Source: the human T2T-CHM13v2.0 reference genome, Homo sapiens. Taken from it: a stretch of DNA of 64,000 bases. The notes beneath the pieces are model-generated. The model did not search any database and was not told the origin of the DNA. It was given only the letters and a program-made list of their open reading frames with translations. A program made the position numbers and the translations under genes. The stretch lies in NCBI RefSeq assembly GCF_009914755.1, contig NC_060930.1. The stretch is one strand, 5' to 3'. Positions 26,031-41,129 of this stretch are shown piece after piece (the stretch's first letter is position 1; every line of letters starts with the position of its first letter).

Positions 26031-27979
26031 TATTTCTGTATTTTTAAGAAGAACATCTAATTTAAGAAGAACAAAATTTTTAAGGAAAACTATACTTCTA
26101 TAAAGGAATTTTCTAGAAAGAACTCTATCAGGTAAGCTAAGCCCCCACCTGCCCTCTGGGCTGCCGGTTCTTGTGGTTGAGCTGCTTCCCCAGGCGGCCC
26201 CCAGAACTCCCACCGCGGTGGTTGTAAAGAAACTGTGAACCGGAGCGTTCAGGCACCAGACACAGCCACCTGAGACAACGGCAGTGGCAGGGAAGCCGTT
26301 GCCACCGCCCTGGCTAACTCTCATCCCCTCTGGCCCCGCAAGCCTAATCAGGCTGCAATCCAGTGTGAGTCCCGGCTTGCCACCAGTCATTTAGGCCCAG
26401 GCTCACGTCCCCCACCGTGGCTGGCAACTCCTTTTCTCCTGACCGGTTTATGATGAGCTGTAAAGAAGCACACAGCGGGGTTGGGCCCTGGGATGAACCC
26501 TGGCAGACAGCTGGCTACATGGCAATCCTGCCTTCAAAAAGTATTTCCTGAATTCTGCACATTAGACAAGGGGAGACCTGTGATAAATGCCAGCCAGGGC
26601 CCTTTCCCTTGGCCTAAACGCCATGGCTCAGGGCCAGCCTGCATAGCAGGGAGTGTGCCTGGGCATGGTGTCCCAGATGGTCAGCCACCCTCCCTTGGGC
26701 AGGTAACTACACACCTATGTGTCCCACTCAGTGCTGCCCCTCTGCAGTGGTGCCACCTGGCAGGGCCCGAAGGCCCAGACGGTGTGGGAAGGAACAGGTT
26801 GGCTTATGCTGGCACAGCCGAGGAGAAAATCAAGCTGATGATGTGTTTTGAGAACTGGAGAGGATTATGGAGAGGACTACAAGGCAAGTAGGAGTTCTGT
26901 GCTTACAGCGTGATACCACCAGGGGTCTGGGGTTGGTGGGCTGTGTGCGCTGTGTCCGGCGTTCCCAAGGTAAGGACCCACGGACCTCTGTAGCAAGATC
27001 TCCCAATGTTCTCAAGCAGCCACGATTTGGCAACGCACCCACCTGTGGCGACCGCCCTCAGAGTCCCAGACTGTGGGTCTGCACCCCGGACACGGGACCA
27101 GGGCCCTTCTCAGGAAAATGGGCTGTGTGTGGGCACTACAGGCAAGACTCTGTTTTTCCAAGGAATCCCCAATATCCTGTGTTTTTCTTACCCAGTGTGT
27201 TCAGTTAATGAATGATATTGAGCTGTGTATTTCCAGTGGCCCGAAAGCCATGATCAGTATCTACTCAAGTGGGCAACGTGAGCTCTGTGTGGATAAACCT
27301 AATGAACAGGGCTTAGCGGAGAGGATGGGCATGCCTGGCCTTCGCTTTCTAGTCCTCCTCTCCTCTGTCCCCCATCCCTCCCCAGCCCGGATGTTCGGAA
27401 GTTGTTTTTAAACCCCTTTACCCCACTGCCTTCACACTGTGTCTCTTATTTTGTAGGAACTGAGTGTCTTGATTTATCTGCTCATCAGCTATTAGTTAAC
27501 ACCAACTGCATGTCATGCACTGGGCCAGTCTCTAGAAGCTCACGCAACTGTTATCATTGTGGTCTATGAAGAAAAATGTCACATAAAGTTTAAAAAACAA
27601 GAAGAAAGATTCCATGCTGCAGTAGAGGGTCTGTAAGTGCTCCTGTGCCCATGGGGGTTCTGGTAAAATCTGCCCCATCCCTAGTGTTTTGAAGATGGAA
27701 CAAGGCTTGTTCTGCGGGACTGCCCCAGGCCCAGAAGTGAGCAGAAGCCAGAGAGCATTTTGCCCTGGGTTTTGTACTTCGTTTGCATTCAGCAAATATT
27801 TGTTGGATTTTAGTAGAATGTACAGAGTCTGCCAAAATAAGAGAAGTATGAACCTTCCGAGAGGAGATTTAACATGCTGTGAGCCCCTGACTCTAGGAAA
27901 GTGTTTACTGAAATGCCCTCATGTCAGGAAGACTCAATTTATCTTTCATATGTCTACAGATTTCTTTCCTTTTACCATC

Positions 27980-28200
27980 TGTGAGCCCTGAAAATCTGAG
28001 ACAGGTCTCAGTTAACTTAGAAAGCTTATTTTGCCCAGGTTGAGGACGCACCCGTGACACAGCCTCAGGAGGTACTGACGACATGTGCCCAAGGTGGCCG
28101 GGGCACAGCTTAGTTTTCTACATTTTAGGGAGATGTGAGACATCAATCAATATATGCAAGAAGTACATTGATTCAGTCTGGAAAGGGGGGACAACTTGAA
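27980..28200 (-). mobile_element. MER4A-like LTR fragment
   Basis: gaaaatctgagacaggtctcagttaacttagaaagcttattttgcccaggttgaggacgcacccgtgacacagcctcagg. Confidence 0.75.
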
Positions 28201-28687
28201 GCTTCTCAGGAGAGAGATAAGTTTGTACCCCTTTTTGTTACCGACACAGTAAGTTCAAGTTAAGGGCTTGTTGATGGGCATTTCCAGTATCAACCTTGAT
28301 CCAATCAGGTACCTGATTCAATATTGCTGTATTTCCTTAACAATGAAGCATGCATTTTTTTCCCCTAATTTCATTCATAAGGAAAAAGTGCCTCAATTCT
28401 CTGACAGTTCCAAAACACAATTCTTAGTAAAAGAGGCAGATCGTGATCTGTTTGAGTTGTACATCCCCCCAGGCTAATTCACCTGGCGTAGGAGGTGCTC
28501 AGAGGCCACCAACATTGCCACAAGGTCCATCTTTGTGGATGGGGTAGGAACAGTGTGCAGAACAAGGGGGCATTGTCTTGGACCCACCGCAAGGACACCC
28601 TCTGCAAATGGACTTGGTGAAAATTCCACCCTGGGCCCTGTGGCTATTCCCCTTTCTGTGTGAGGCCAGCAGGGATCAGCTTCCTTC

Positions 28688-29486
<799 letters not shown>

Positions 29487-31534
29487 CTTCCTAAGAAACG
29501 GTACTGTTGGATCTCTGTGGAGTCATAGTTTGTTACACCAATTCTTTCTTTCTTTGTTATTCACATACAGTGAGAGAGATGACTGAGTCCAGTTTGTTTT
29601 ATATTTTTGAACTCTGAAATCATGTCAGCTTCCTTGCAGTATAACTTTGACAAAGAGCAAATGTACATTATAAAAAAAGTTTTTCTTGTAATTGTGAGTT
29701 CTCAATCACGGGCCCATACTCAATATTCCCATCAAATACAACCCGCTCACACAGCCTGTTATCCTAGGCGTTAACTTTCATCTGAAGCCTCAATTTTTGT
29801 CTCTTATCTGAAGCCAACTGCATTCCCATTGTCCTGGGGTCCTGTTGGCAGCCACTTCTCCTCCCATAACAATAAGATGCTGTGCAAATTGTGTCCTTTG
29901 CTTTGCTCCCCTCATCACTGGTGGACTTGAGATTGTCAGCTGAAATTAAGACTGTTGAGGCAGAAATAATTTTATCACAGTTTATTGAAAGCCAAATGTG
30001 AGGTTGGACCTGGGAAGACATACCCACGGAGTTGACAGCATTCTGGAGTCTGTCACAAGGCCAAAGGTTTTTGTAGGAGAGTTTAAATGAGTAGTCTTCT
30101 TTCTTTTGGAGGATGCAACTCAGAGGTCACAATCATTACTACAGATTACGACCTGCAGGCTAACAATGTCCACATGAAAACAAATCAGTAAAACTTCATG
30201 CTTCAGCTCATCTTAAAATCACAGTGCCCTCTCCAGCGTCAGCAGGTGATACATTGGTCTATACTATACAACAATCATTTGAGGAACTTATGATAAGACA
30301 GGGTGCTGTCCCCCGCGAGCTCTGGCCAGGTTTCAGCCAGCAAAGGGACCCACAAAGGGAGCCACTCCAGCTGACCTAGACTGAGCGGCCTCGGGGCTCT
30401 TTGACTCTCTAAGGACTGAGATATTCATAATTCTTTTTAAATTATCCATGGAAACAGCAGGACAAAAAATGCACAGGGCCTCCTAGTGCCTGGGTGAATG
30501 TGCTCAGCCCTCTTTGAAGAGAAACCTCAAGGATACGGAAGTGAAGGCTTTGAAAGACAGGGTTCTATTGAGATGAAGGGTGCCTATTCCTTAACAGCAA
30601 GTAATTCATATGCTATTGAAATGAATTTAGCATTTTCCCTTGAAAGCACACAGCATTTTCCCCCTCATTAACAAATGTGCTCCTCCTTCCCCTCCCCCAG
30701 CCTCTACAAAGGATTTGAAGGCACCACCTGAGATCAGGGGGCGCCTGCAGGGGGTAGGAGCCGCTCTCAAGGCAGGTGGCCAGCTTTGCTGATCCCGAGA
30801 CCTCATCCTCGGCTTTTGAGTATCTAATGTACAGTTACATCTGTACCTTGAAACATGAGATTGGGTTTTGAAGTCTCAAACTAATACACATCAATAAAAG
30901 GCCAGTGACGGGAACTGAAGAGGAAGTAAGGGCACTGGAATCCTCTCAAAGCAAATACCTTCCTGCGCTCATGGACTTCCTTAAGAACATCGCTTATTAC
31001 ACAATCTCACAGTGAATTGTGGATTGCCTGGTATTGTTTTCTAGGTATTTCATGCAGTCTTGTTTTCCCAGCTGGACTCCACTGAAATTCAGACTAAATT
31101 CAACTAACCATCATATGTCAGGCAGTCCTAATCTCTTTCACACATGCCTACTTTTTTTATCCTCCAAGGATAAGGATCTGGCATCTTTGTTGATTTTTCT
31201 GTTGCACTGCTCTGCTTGATTTCAAATATACACATAATTTTCGGTGGAAAATTCCATGAGTATTGCACCCTTCGTTTACGGTCATACTCAACTGAATCAA
31301 AGAAAGAATATATTTTCTTATTCCTAGTAGCCCATTCTCACTCACATAGAACAAAATATAAGCAATGGGTTAAAAATCTAAACAGAGAGACTGATTTAAG
31401 TAATAATAAAACTCTCTTCTCCCGCACAGCTGGCTCTGCGTAAATTACTTTTTCTCTATTGCAATTCCCCTGTCTTGATAAATCAGCTCTGTCTAGGCAG
31501 TGGGCAAGGTGAACCCCTTGGGCAGTTACAAATG

Positions 31535-31552
31535 TGTGGGCTCATCCGGGAT
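31535..31552 (+). other. Retroviral primer-binding site for tRNA-Pro
   Basis: tgtgggctcatccgggat versus canonical TGGGGGCTCGTCCGGGAT (16/18), 4 nt after the LTR-terminal CA. Confidence 0.9.
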
Positions 31553-32016
31553 TGCCCTTGTGGCTGCCTGCCCATGGTTCAGTAGCCCCCTCTCCAGCGA
31601 TGGATCCAGAGGCCAGACCAAGCGGCCACGTAGTTCTCTCGGACTAGGGGCTAATTGTGGTATTCTCTCTGCTGGTGGGGCGCTGCCGACGCAATATGCA
31701 TGGATTTAATTGCAATAGAATTATAGTCCTGGGGAGGCATCTCTTAACTGTAACCCTATCACAGGATGTCTGTCTGTAGCCCCATGGTGGGGTATATGTC
31801 TGTAACCCCATTGCAGGATATCTGGGTTGGTGAGTATCCTAGGCATTGCCAATGCCTCCTTCCTTCTGCTGACTGGTTCTGTACCCTCTGGTGGGGTGTC
31901 TGTAGCCCCACTGAGGGATGTTGGCTTGTAGCTCCACCATGGGGTGTCTGTGTCTGTAACCCAATTCGGGGTGTCTGTCTCAGTTTGGCTCCTGGGGGTC
32001 TCAGTTGGCTCTTTCT

Positions 32017-32319
32017 TTTATATTTATTTTTTGAGACAGAGTCTCCCTCTGTCACCCAGGCTGGAGTGCAGTGGCACAATCTTGGCTCACTGCAACCTCT
32101 GCCTCCTGAGTTGGGATCAAGTGATTCTGCTGCCTCAGCCTCCTGAGTAGCTGGCACTACAGGTGTGCACCAGCATGCCCGGCTAATTTTTGCATTTTTT
32201 GTAGAGATGGGATTTTACCACACTGGCCAGGCTGGTCTCAAACTTCTGTCCTCAAGTGATCCTCCTGCCTTGGCCTCTTAAAGTGCTGGGATTACAGGCG
32301 CGAGCCACTGCGCCCAGCC
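32017..32319 (-). mobile_element. Alu inserted in the ERV leader
   Basis: TSD tcagttggctctttct at 32001-32016 and 32320-32335. Confidence 0.95.
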
Positions 32320-35300
32320 TCAGTTGGCTCTTTCTAACTAGTAGAAAGAGTCTTGGTTTGGGAGACTTCTCCTCAATCAGGAAGATTTCGAGGAGATTTC
32401 TCAGATGGAGAATAGAAGGACAGTTTGGAAGGGACACTCTTGGAGTTCTTGGTTAGGGATCTGATTTGGAAAACGCTGTGTTCATCTTGTCTTTATGTGT
32501 GTTTGTATATGTGGAGGGGATCTCAGAGGGAATTGCTGATGGACGTTCAGCAGGCCTAACTCAGAGAACCCTCCTTATTTGTCTGGTCACATTCGGTGAG
32601 CCCTGAAAAATGCTCAGCAGGCCTGTCTCGGGGTGACTATGTGCTCTTCGCCTTGCCCAGAGACCCCATTGTGAATTACCCTTTGGAGGTCATCCCGCCC
32701 CAGCTGGGGTGGATCAAAGACAACAGAGACCAACGGGAGAAAGTTTGGGCTTTGCCAGGCTGATAGTGGGTGCTGAATGAGGTGATTCATGTCTGTTTTG
32801 TTATGTGTATTTCGCTGGGATGGAAAATGTTAATTGGGTTCCCCAGGCAGCCTGTTGGGCAGCATCTTGCAAATTAAGAATCTTGTCTGTGGTTCCATAA
32901 CACAGAAAGGGGTGATTTTCTCTTGTAAAGTGGTTTGAACCCCACAGCCATGGCACTAGCGAGCAGGGTCATCAGAGCTGCTCCATTCTTCTGGAAGCTG
33001 CAGAGAAAGGGAGCCCGGAAACCTGGTATGCCGGCAAAAAGGGTAAGAAATTCTTACCAGCCAAGTTTCTGGTCTCTCTCTCTTCCTCTGTCTGTGTAAA
33101 CGGTAATCGTCACTATTTATCTCTCTGCAAGGGTTTGATTAATAGACAAGGGATTTGTGAGACTACTCTTAGGTTATAGCAAATCTGGTGTACTTTGTGC
33201 TGAGAATTTGTCTTTCTGTGTTCTGTAATGGACAGAGGGATAGCACAGGCTAGAACGTGGGTTTAGGACCCCATAACCTGCATTACAAGCCAGCCCAGCA
33301 GACTGGTCAGTTACAAATTTTGCTGTGGGTTCCTGAAACCAATACCAGATGAAATATCTCTGTCTTGTTTTGTGTCCTTAAGAGCTTAACCTTGTGACCA
33401 TGTGCAGACACTTTCTCTTAGATTCGGCCTTAGATTCTCTTAGATTCGGTCTTAGAGGACAGGAATTTTAGAGTTCATGTCATAGCCCTAAAAATTTTCT
33501 TGACCAGTTAAAAGCCTTGGCAAGCTTGAAATTGGCTTCTCTAGGACCCTTCTGGGAAAAGCAATAAAAACTGCTCAATGCCATAATACAGTAGCTAAGG
33601 CTTTGCCTTTTGATGATGGTGGCCTGGGTTCAATTCTTGCTTTCTGGAATTATTCCTTTCTGATTTGTTAGTTGTGTAATTTTGCCATTTATTGAGTTGT
33701 TTTTCCCCCCCCAGGGAGTTTCTGATTTCTTCTCTTGAATTTTCCTTTCTCTGAACTACCTTGGGAAGATTCTAAATCTTGTAAAAAAGAAACTGCTTAC
33801 CATGTCTTTGAAGCATCTGGGAGGTCACCTTTGGTAAAGTTCAAAAGCCAGAAATATTGGCCGCCTGGCTAAAGTCGGGTAATAAGAAATTTAAAAGGAC
33901 TTTTTTTTAAGAGCGCTCTGGTTAAAAGTCAGCTTGATTAAAAGTGGATAAACAAGCTATAGATATATTTAAAAGGCATTTATGTTGTTCCCTTCTTGGA
34001 TCTTGTTTTTCTGGAAAAAAGGTTTTTTTCTTCTCAGTCGACTTAATTATTTTTCTCAATTTTTTTGTCTTGTTAATCTTAATGCATACATGAGAGGTCC
34101 TCTTCTGGTAGCCTGGTACTCCTTGAAAAAAACAGGAGGCACCATAGACCCTGTTTTGGAAAAAAGCTCTGTTTTCCTCATGAAACCCTAGGAACTAAAA
34201 GCGGATAGATCCCTCTCAAAATCAAAAGCTCTGCTCTGTTTTGCATTGTGTTATCTGACAGTTTTGAGTTCTTGGGGTTTTAAGAAATTACTTCACATTA
34301 CGAGAGAGCTTGGGTGTGTAATAACAAGGTAGGAAATACTTTAGGGGATGGCTAGCAGTAGTTATGGAGGGATACTTGACTGCACACTTGGATCAGAGAA
34401 GCAAATGCTCGTGGACACCTGGAAGACATGGAAAGGTCCCCACCCTCAGCTGAGAGATGAAGCTCCCGTGGGGGATGGGCTGATTGGCTTTGGGTGGCCT
34501 TGCCATGAAATGCACGTAGAAGCATTGCACTGTCTCTTCTCCTGTAGGATTTTCCTCCTTTTGAGGATTCAAGATCCAGTATAAAATGGCACCCTTAACT
34601 TTGGGGATCTGTCTTTGCCTTCACCTGTTCCTGCTTATTTGGCCCAAGAATTGCATGCTTTCCTGACTCTGTTCCTTCAAGGGCTCCACCCTGAAGTCAG
34701 TAATCCAATTAAGAAAACTGGCAAATGAAAAATGTTACAAGTGCTAAATCTTCTGTATTTCTGTCTGCGTATTTATATGTGTTGGGTGTGTGATGTTTGT
34801 ATGTAAAAGAGCTCTGATAATTGGCTTAGAAAAATAAGCATGTAAATGAAATATTTTGACAGAAAAAATCTTTAATGCCTTTTTCTTCAAATGGCTTTAG
34901 TAATCTTTTGCAAATAAAGACAGTTTTAAAGATTACTGGTAAAATAACATGTCTTGAAAATGTAGGTATTTGGTCTAAATTAAGGTCAGATATCAGATTT
35001 GCTAAATGCTTTAAGGTCAAACTGTTTCCTTTGGAAAAATTGTTCAGTTTACCTGCTTTGGAGGATTAGATGACAGAGGAGGCCTGGGGAGCTGTGGAGA
35101 GCCATGCCCCTGGCCATGCTGAAAAGAGTCAGACCTCATCTTCACTTCTGTCTGATGTCCTGGGCTCCACCCAGTACATAATTAAAATCACTTACTCATC
35201 AGGGTTTTCACTAAAAACAAAAGCTGCTAAGAATTAACAATGTAACATTGAGACCACTGGAGAAACAGCTTTACATACATGGTGTGTAGGGAATGTGTTT

Positions 35301-36338
35301 TTGATAAAAGATTATAAGAAGGTATGGGAATATGGCTTCTGTTAAAGGGAATGTAATTTTGTCTAGTTCAGAGGGTTTTAAAGATTGTGTTAACCTAAAA
35401 GAGTAATGGGATAAAACCGAAGGCTTACTCAAAGTGAAAAGGGTTTGTAAAGGGTTGATTTGTAAAAAAAAAAAAAAAAAAAAAATTCTGTGGGTATAAA
35501 CAAGTTGGCTAAGATTTGAAAGAAATTATTTAGCTTTTCTCCATAAGTTAAAACACTAAAACCATACTGATACAGGGCCAGCGTCTGGGCCCACGTGTCC
35601 GAATAATAGGGTTTGCTTAGAAAATTGATCTGCTGTTTGATGGAAAATTGGAAAGGGTTCTAAAAAGTTCATGAAAATCTTACCTTATGGTCAAACTAAT
35701 TAAAACTGGACAGATATATAAAATTTTATTTAAAAACTAGCTTTAGCATTAAAGATGCACTAATGCAAACATGAAATTTGGTTTTCTCTTTTGAAGATGA
35801 TTTTTATGTAATATTAAAGGATAATGAAAGGGTTTTCTTTCCTCTTTTAGGTAAGTGGCAGGGAAAAAGGGGAGGAGAGAGAAAAGACAGACTCAGTTGG
35901 CCTCATGCTATCTTCACTGGGTCTTGTTGGAAAGCTAAGTCTCCTCTATCAGAGTAAAGATTTTTCCTTTTTAAAATTTTTGGAGCTATCATTTTGGCCA
36001 AATGGATGACTTATGGTGACCTGGGATGCTATTTTGTGATATTCAGTGTTTTAAACCTTTGATATTTGACAAACGTTCCAAAACCAAATTATAAATTATG
36101 TCTCTTTTTAACCTTTTAGATATTAGGTTCTTTAAAGTCCAAAAATGACATTTGGCTTATTTGGTATAAAAATCATACAGAAAGCATTGTCAAATATGAC
36201 ATGGTGTTTGGCTTTCTTTGGGCTATATTTGTGCAAATATGTTATTGACACATATTTCAAAATTATGTAAAACACCTATAATTCTAATATGACTTAGTAT
36301 AAGTTATCAGTAATAATTATAATTATTATGTTAAATGA

Positions 36339-36760
<422 letters not shown>

Positions 36761-37978
36761 AGTCCTCTTTAAAGGATGGTTTTATAATCAGCTATAAAAT
36801 TTAACAGGGGCTCTTCAGTGCAGATTTCTGATTAATAACCTGGAGATTGTGACGTTAGAATAGAGAAAAAAACTTTCAAATAGAAGAGTGAATAGTGTTT
36901 GGTTGTCTTTGGACTGTATCTGTATAGATATGTTATTAGTATGTGTTTCAAAATTATGGGAAACTTCTATAATTCTGATATAATTTAGTGTTATTAATAA
37001 TCATAATTTTTATACAAAATTGTTGTATGCCACAGAAGTAAACAAAATTCCTAGTCAATTGTAGCTTTAGTAGTGGCTATCTTAAGACTTCTATCATACA
37101 CAGACATTTCGTCTTGCTTTGGCAGTTTATAATCAGGTATAAGTCTCTTGGGGAATCTGACCTCATACCTCATCTATGCAGTTCCTGTACAAGGTTCCTG
37201 ACCTGTGGTAAGTAATGAATGTCACTTAGATAACCCCAAGTTACCTTTGGGCCTCAAGAGGAGAGGAATTTACCCAACTCATAGTTATTTGAGGGTACAA
37301 ACCGATGGCTGGGCTCGGCTTTTAAAAAGTCATATGTGGGATTCCTCATGGAACAGAATTCCATCAAAGCCCATTAAAAAGAGCCTAAGTGAAAAATAAT
37401 TATTCTTGCTGCAAATGATCAGGCCAAGTACGGGAAGACTAAAGTTGATTTTGTAAACAAATCCGTTCTATCATGATTTGTTTTTAATAAAAATGGGGAC
37501 TGAAGAGAGAAAAATTATATTTCAAAAGAAAGCTATAGTACACCTGTTGTTAGCTGTTATTGAGGTTTTTTTCTGCAGTTTGGATTAATTCCTAAATTCT
37601 TTGTGGGTTAGAAGTCCCCAAACTCATGCTTTCTAATCATTGCTTTTAAAACTGGGAATTGTACTGCTCATCCTAGGACTCGTTATTTACCTTATGGTAC
37701 ACTGTTCAGTTAAATACTGTACTGAAAGTATAGATGAGGGTACTAATGCTTTTGCCATGCAAGGTTTGGAAGCCCAGTCAGACCTGCATGCGTCGCCCAG
37801 ACAGCAGTAAATTGGTTCACTCCTCTCACCTTGGGGTTCACTCCTCTCACCTTGGGGTTCACTCCCATTCCCACTACGCCCTCTGTCAGCAGGAAGAAGC
37901 CAGAGCGATCCGCAGTCTTTTCCCATCTTCATAGGCTAACCTCAAGATTAAGGTGTTATAAAACACAAAGGGAGGGAT

Positions 37979-38558
37979 TGAAACTACCTTTGCAAAATTA
38001 TGACTGAGACAGTGAAAGAAATCTAACTTGATCGACTCCATCTTGCTTCTAACCTGCAAGCTGTCCTTGTCCATTCTTGGACCGAGGCTGAATTAACTTT
38101 GGGAGGAACTTAGTTCATAGTTTAAATCAAAGACGGTAACAGCCCTTTCCCAAAGCAGACCTCCTTCTTGCCTGAAGACTAAATTGCCTTTGTAGGGCTA
38201 ACAATAACCACGAGATAAGAAATCATGGTGGAGGAGTCATGTAGCTGGAGGGTACAAGATTCTGACCCTCCCTAAACTGCTCCTAAGATTAGTGCTTGAG
38301 CTATTTTGCCGACCCTGCACTTGATAGATCAGCTGACACCACCCAGATGGATAAACTGGCTCATCTGACTTGCGGCCCCCACCCAGGATCTGACTCGGTG
38401 AAAGAAGACAGCTTTGACTCCCTGTGATTTCACCCCTGACCAATCAGCGCTCCCAGCTCACTGGCTTCCCCCGCACCCACCAAGTTTTCCTTAAAAATTC
38501 TGCTCACCAAATGCTCAGGAACATTGATTTGGGTAATAACACAATTCCGGTCGCTTGC
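37979..38558 (+). promoter_or_regulatory. LTR8 U3-R (3' LTR lacking U5); candidate promoter/enhancer
   Basis: Starts tgaaactacctttgcaaaattatgactgagacagtgaaag. TATA-like ttaaaaa at 38491, about 28 nt before the R-equivalent sequence. Confidence 0.7.
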
Positions 38559-38879
38559 AAAATTAAAAAAAAATCTAAACAGTACAGCATGTTCTTTATA
38601 TATTATCTGAAAGATAATTTTCAGAAAAAGGTAAAACAATGACTTGCACCAAGATATTAAAATACACAACTCTTAAAGATTTTATTTTACACATATGATA
38701 GAAGGGAACTAGGCAGATGTTAGAAATAGTTTAAAGGAAAAGTGAAAACAATACAAATTTATATGGAGTAAAGGAATTTTGAAATGAGTTGCAAATGGAA
38801 AGAAAACTTTTTTATTTATTTATTTTCAAATTTTTTACAGGAGAAAGAAGCCAGTAAAAATCACTACTAGACAGGGCAG

Positions 38880-38880
<1 letters not shown>

Positions 38881-38912
<32 letters not shown>
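38881..38912. repeat. (AGAT)n tetranucleotide microsatellite
   Basis: About 8 AGAT units. Confidence 0.95.
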
Positions 38913-39929
38913 CGATCTATGTCTATATATCTCCATCAGTTACCTGCAATTTGCAAAGAATTGTAAAATAGTTCAAAGACAATGAACAACCCAGAAGTAT
39001 GTGTTACAGTTTTCCATTGAAATACATTTTTTAAACATATCTAATAGGTATGTCTTAACTAGCGAATTCACACCACTCTTCAGTGAGAGGACTATTTATT
39101 GATCATCTGCCTGTGTGTTGCAGGTTGCTGTCTACCTTTTTCAAATTTGAAGCAAAGATTTTCATTAAAAGATTTTCACTAGAATTAATTAAAAATCAAA
39201 GCCCAAATCAAAACAGAATACACAGCAAGCTGTGCTAGTGACATGGATGACAACTTCTCCTGGGGATTACAACTCTCAGGGTGACATCCGTGTAGATGAT
39301 TCTGTAACTGTTAAAATGAAAAACTCCCACCCTGTGGGAACAGAGCCGGGTGAGCCCTGGCTTCCACACAGTGCCACCCTGAGAAGGCGAGGTCTCCCCA
39401 GCGTCTGTCTGCAGTGCAGCCAGGGCGGAGGAATGAAGTGTCACAGCAGGAAGCAGATGGCTGCATTTGCAGATAATCAATCTAGAGACTTGCAGCCCTG
39501 AGTTTCAGGGGAACTTGTCTAAGTAGCATCCTGTCGCTGGAAGGCATCTAATGAACTAAGTTACTGGTGTTCTTGCTTGTCAGATAGCCCTGGAACACTG
39601 TCTGGATTTTATAATCATTTTCTTGAGATTGACAAAGTCTAAATTCTTGCTGATCATTGACGAGTCTAAGTTGTAAAGAATGCTACCCATGGATGGAACT
39701 TTTTGCTTAAACTTAAGAAAGGGAGGAGAAATAACAGCAGCGGTGCCCCGTGAAGGTTTCCCAAACATGGAGGAGTCCTGGTATAAACCATGCCTTGGAC
39801 CCACAGCGGAAGGAGGAGCACAGCACAGCTGGGATCACGAGGACTCTGAAGTCTCCTGGGACGTGACAGGAGCAGGCTCAGCCACTGTGCACAGCGTGCG
39901 TCCTTGAGCAGGTCACCTAAACTGCCTGG

Positions 39930-41129
39930 GTCTCACATCCCTGCCATTCATGGTGTTGGGGCTTGCCCTGACTTTGTACCAAGATCAGAGAGGGGCTTAT
40001 AGTAGGGAGAACCCAGGCAGCGGGAGGAGGCACTTCCAAGCCCCCAAGGGTAGGCGTGGCCTTCCCGGCCCCCAAGAGTGCAGGGATGCCAGAGGCTGCA
40101 GCGGCAGATTTGGGCGACTGCGGGTGTGCAGGGTGGGGGCTCCTGCCTGCGCCATGGAGCTGGAGGCCCCTGTCTGCAGCCCCAGTTCGGGCGGCTTCCG
40201 CGAGCGCAGCAGTGCCTAGGAGCATGCAGGGCTCCTGCCTGCCCCCACCCACCCAAGAGCAAAGGGAGGCTCAGATCTGCAGCCGCAACATGGGCGGCTA
40301 CAGCCCTGTCCAGGAGGGTGGGGCTCCTACCCGCCTGGATTAGGAGGTCAGGTCAGCATCCCCAGTTTGGGCGGCACCCTGGAGTGCCACAGCACCCAGG
40401 AGCGCACGGCTCCTGCCTACCCTCAGCCCTCCAAGAGCACACAGAGGCTCGTGTCTACCGCCCCAACTCGGGCGGCTGCAGCCGCGCGGGAGAGATTGGC
40501 GGTGCTGCTGCCTGCTCCTGGCTCCCACCCACTCCGTGGGGCACACAGCCCCAACTGTGACCCCTTGCAGCCTGAGGCAGGGGCTCCTGATCCTTGCTGG
40601 GCTCAGGCCAGCGTCCAGGGCATGGGCAACATTACCACGAGCTCCCCCTGTTGCCCCCGTACTCAGGGGTGGCCCAGGGCAGAGTGGATCGTGGGCCTCA
40701 GGCCCCGCCCTCAGGAATGGCAGGCTTGGTGGTCACCCCGACGCCAGGCGGACTCCAAGGATACGGTCTGGGCAGTCCCCACGCAGAGCCTCCTCCCGCG
40801 ACCCAGGAACCCGGCACCCTCTGTGGGGTGGGCACAGTGGGTGCCCAGCTGGCCAGGTCCCCTGAGTAGGTGTCACTATCCCTTCCTGCCCCGGATCCCC
40901 GAAGTGCGGCCCAGCCCTCATCAGGCCCCTTTCTGTCGGAGGAGCTACTGCCCCACTGCGCGGCTGCCCCGCCGGTGGGTGAACTGGACCCCGCCTAGCT
41001 CCATCCCGGCGGCCCCCAGGGCAGCGGGTGGAGGGAGGGGGCTGTCCACCTCCTCCCTGCACACGCCCCGCAGCAGTCTGCGTGCGGGCAGGGGCCAGGC
41101 CGCACCAGATGGCCCACTGCTGCCATCAC
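39930..41129 (-). mobile_element. MER52-like GC-rich LTR
   Basis: ccaagagtgcagggatgcc, repeated ggctcctgcct units, and terminus cagatggcccactgctgccatca. Explains the many overlapping GC-rich ORFs here. Confidence 0.75.

Noticed and set aside
30730-30748. CTCF-like gatcagggggcgcc
   Set aside because: Lacks the 5' CCAC/CCGC half of the core, so it is too weak to call.
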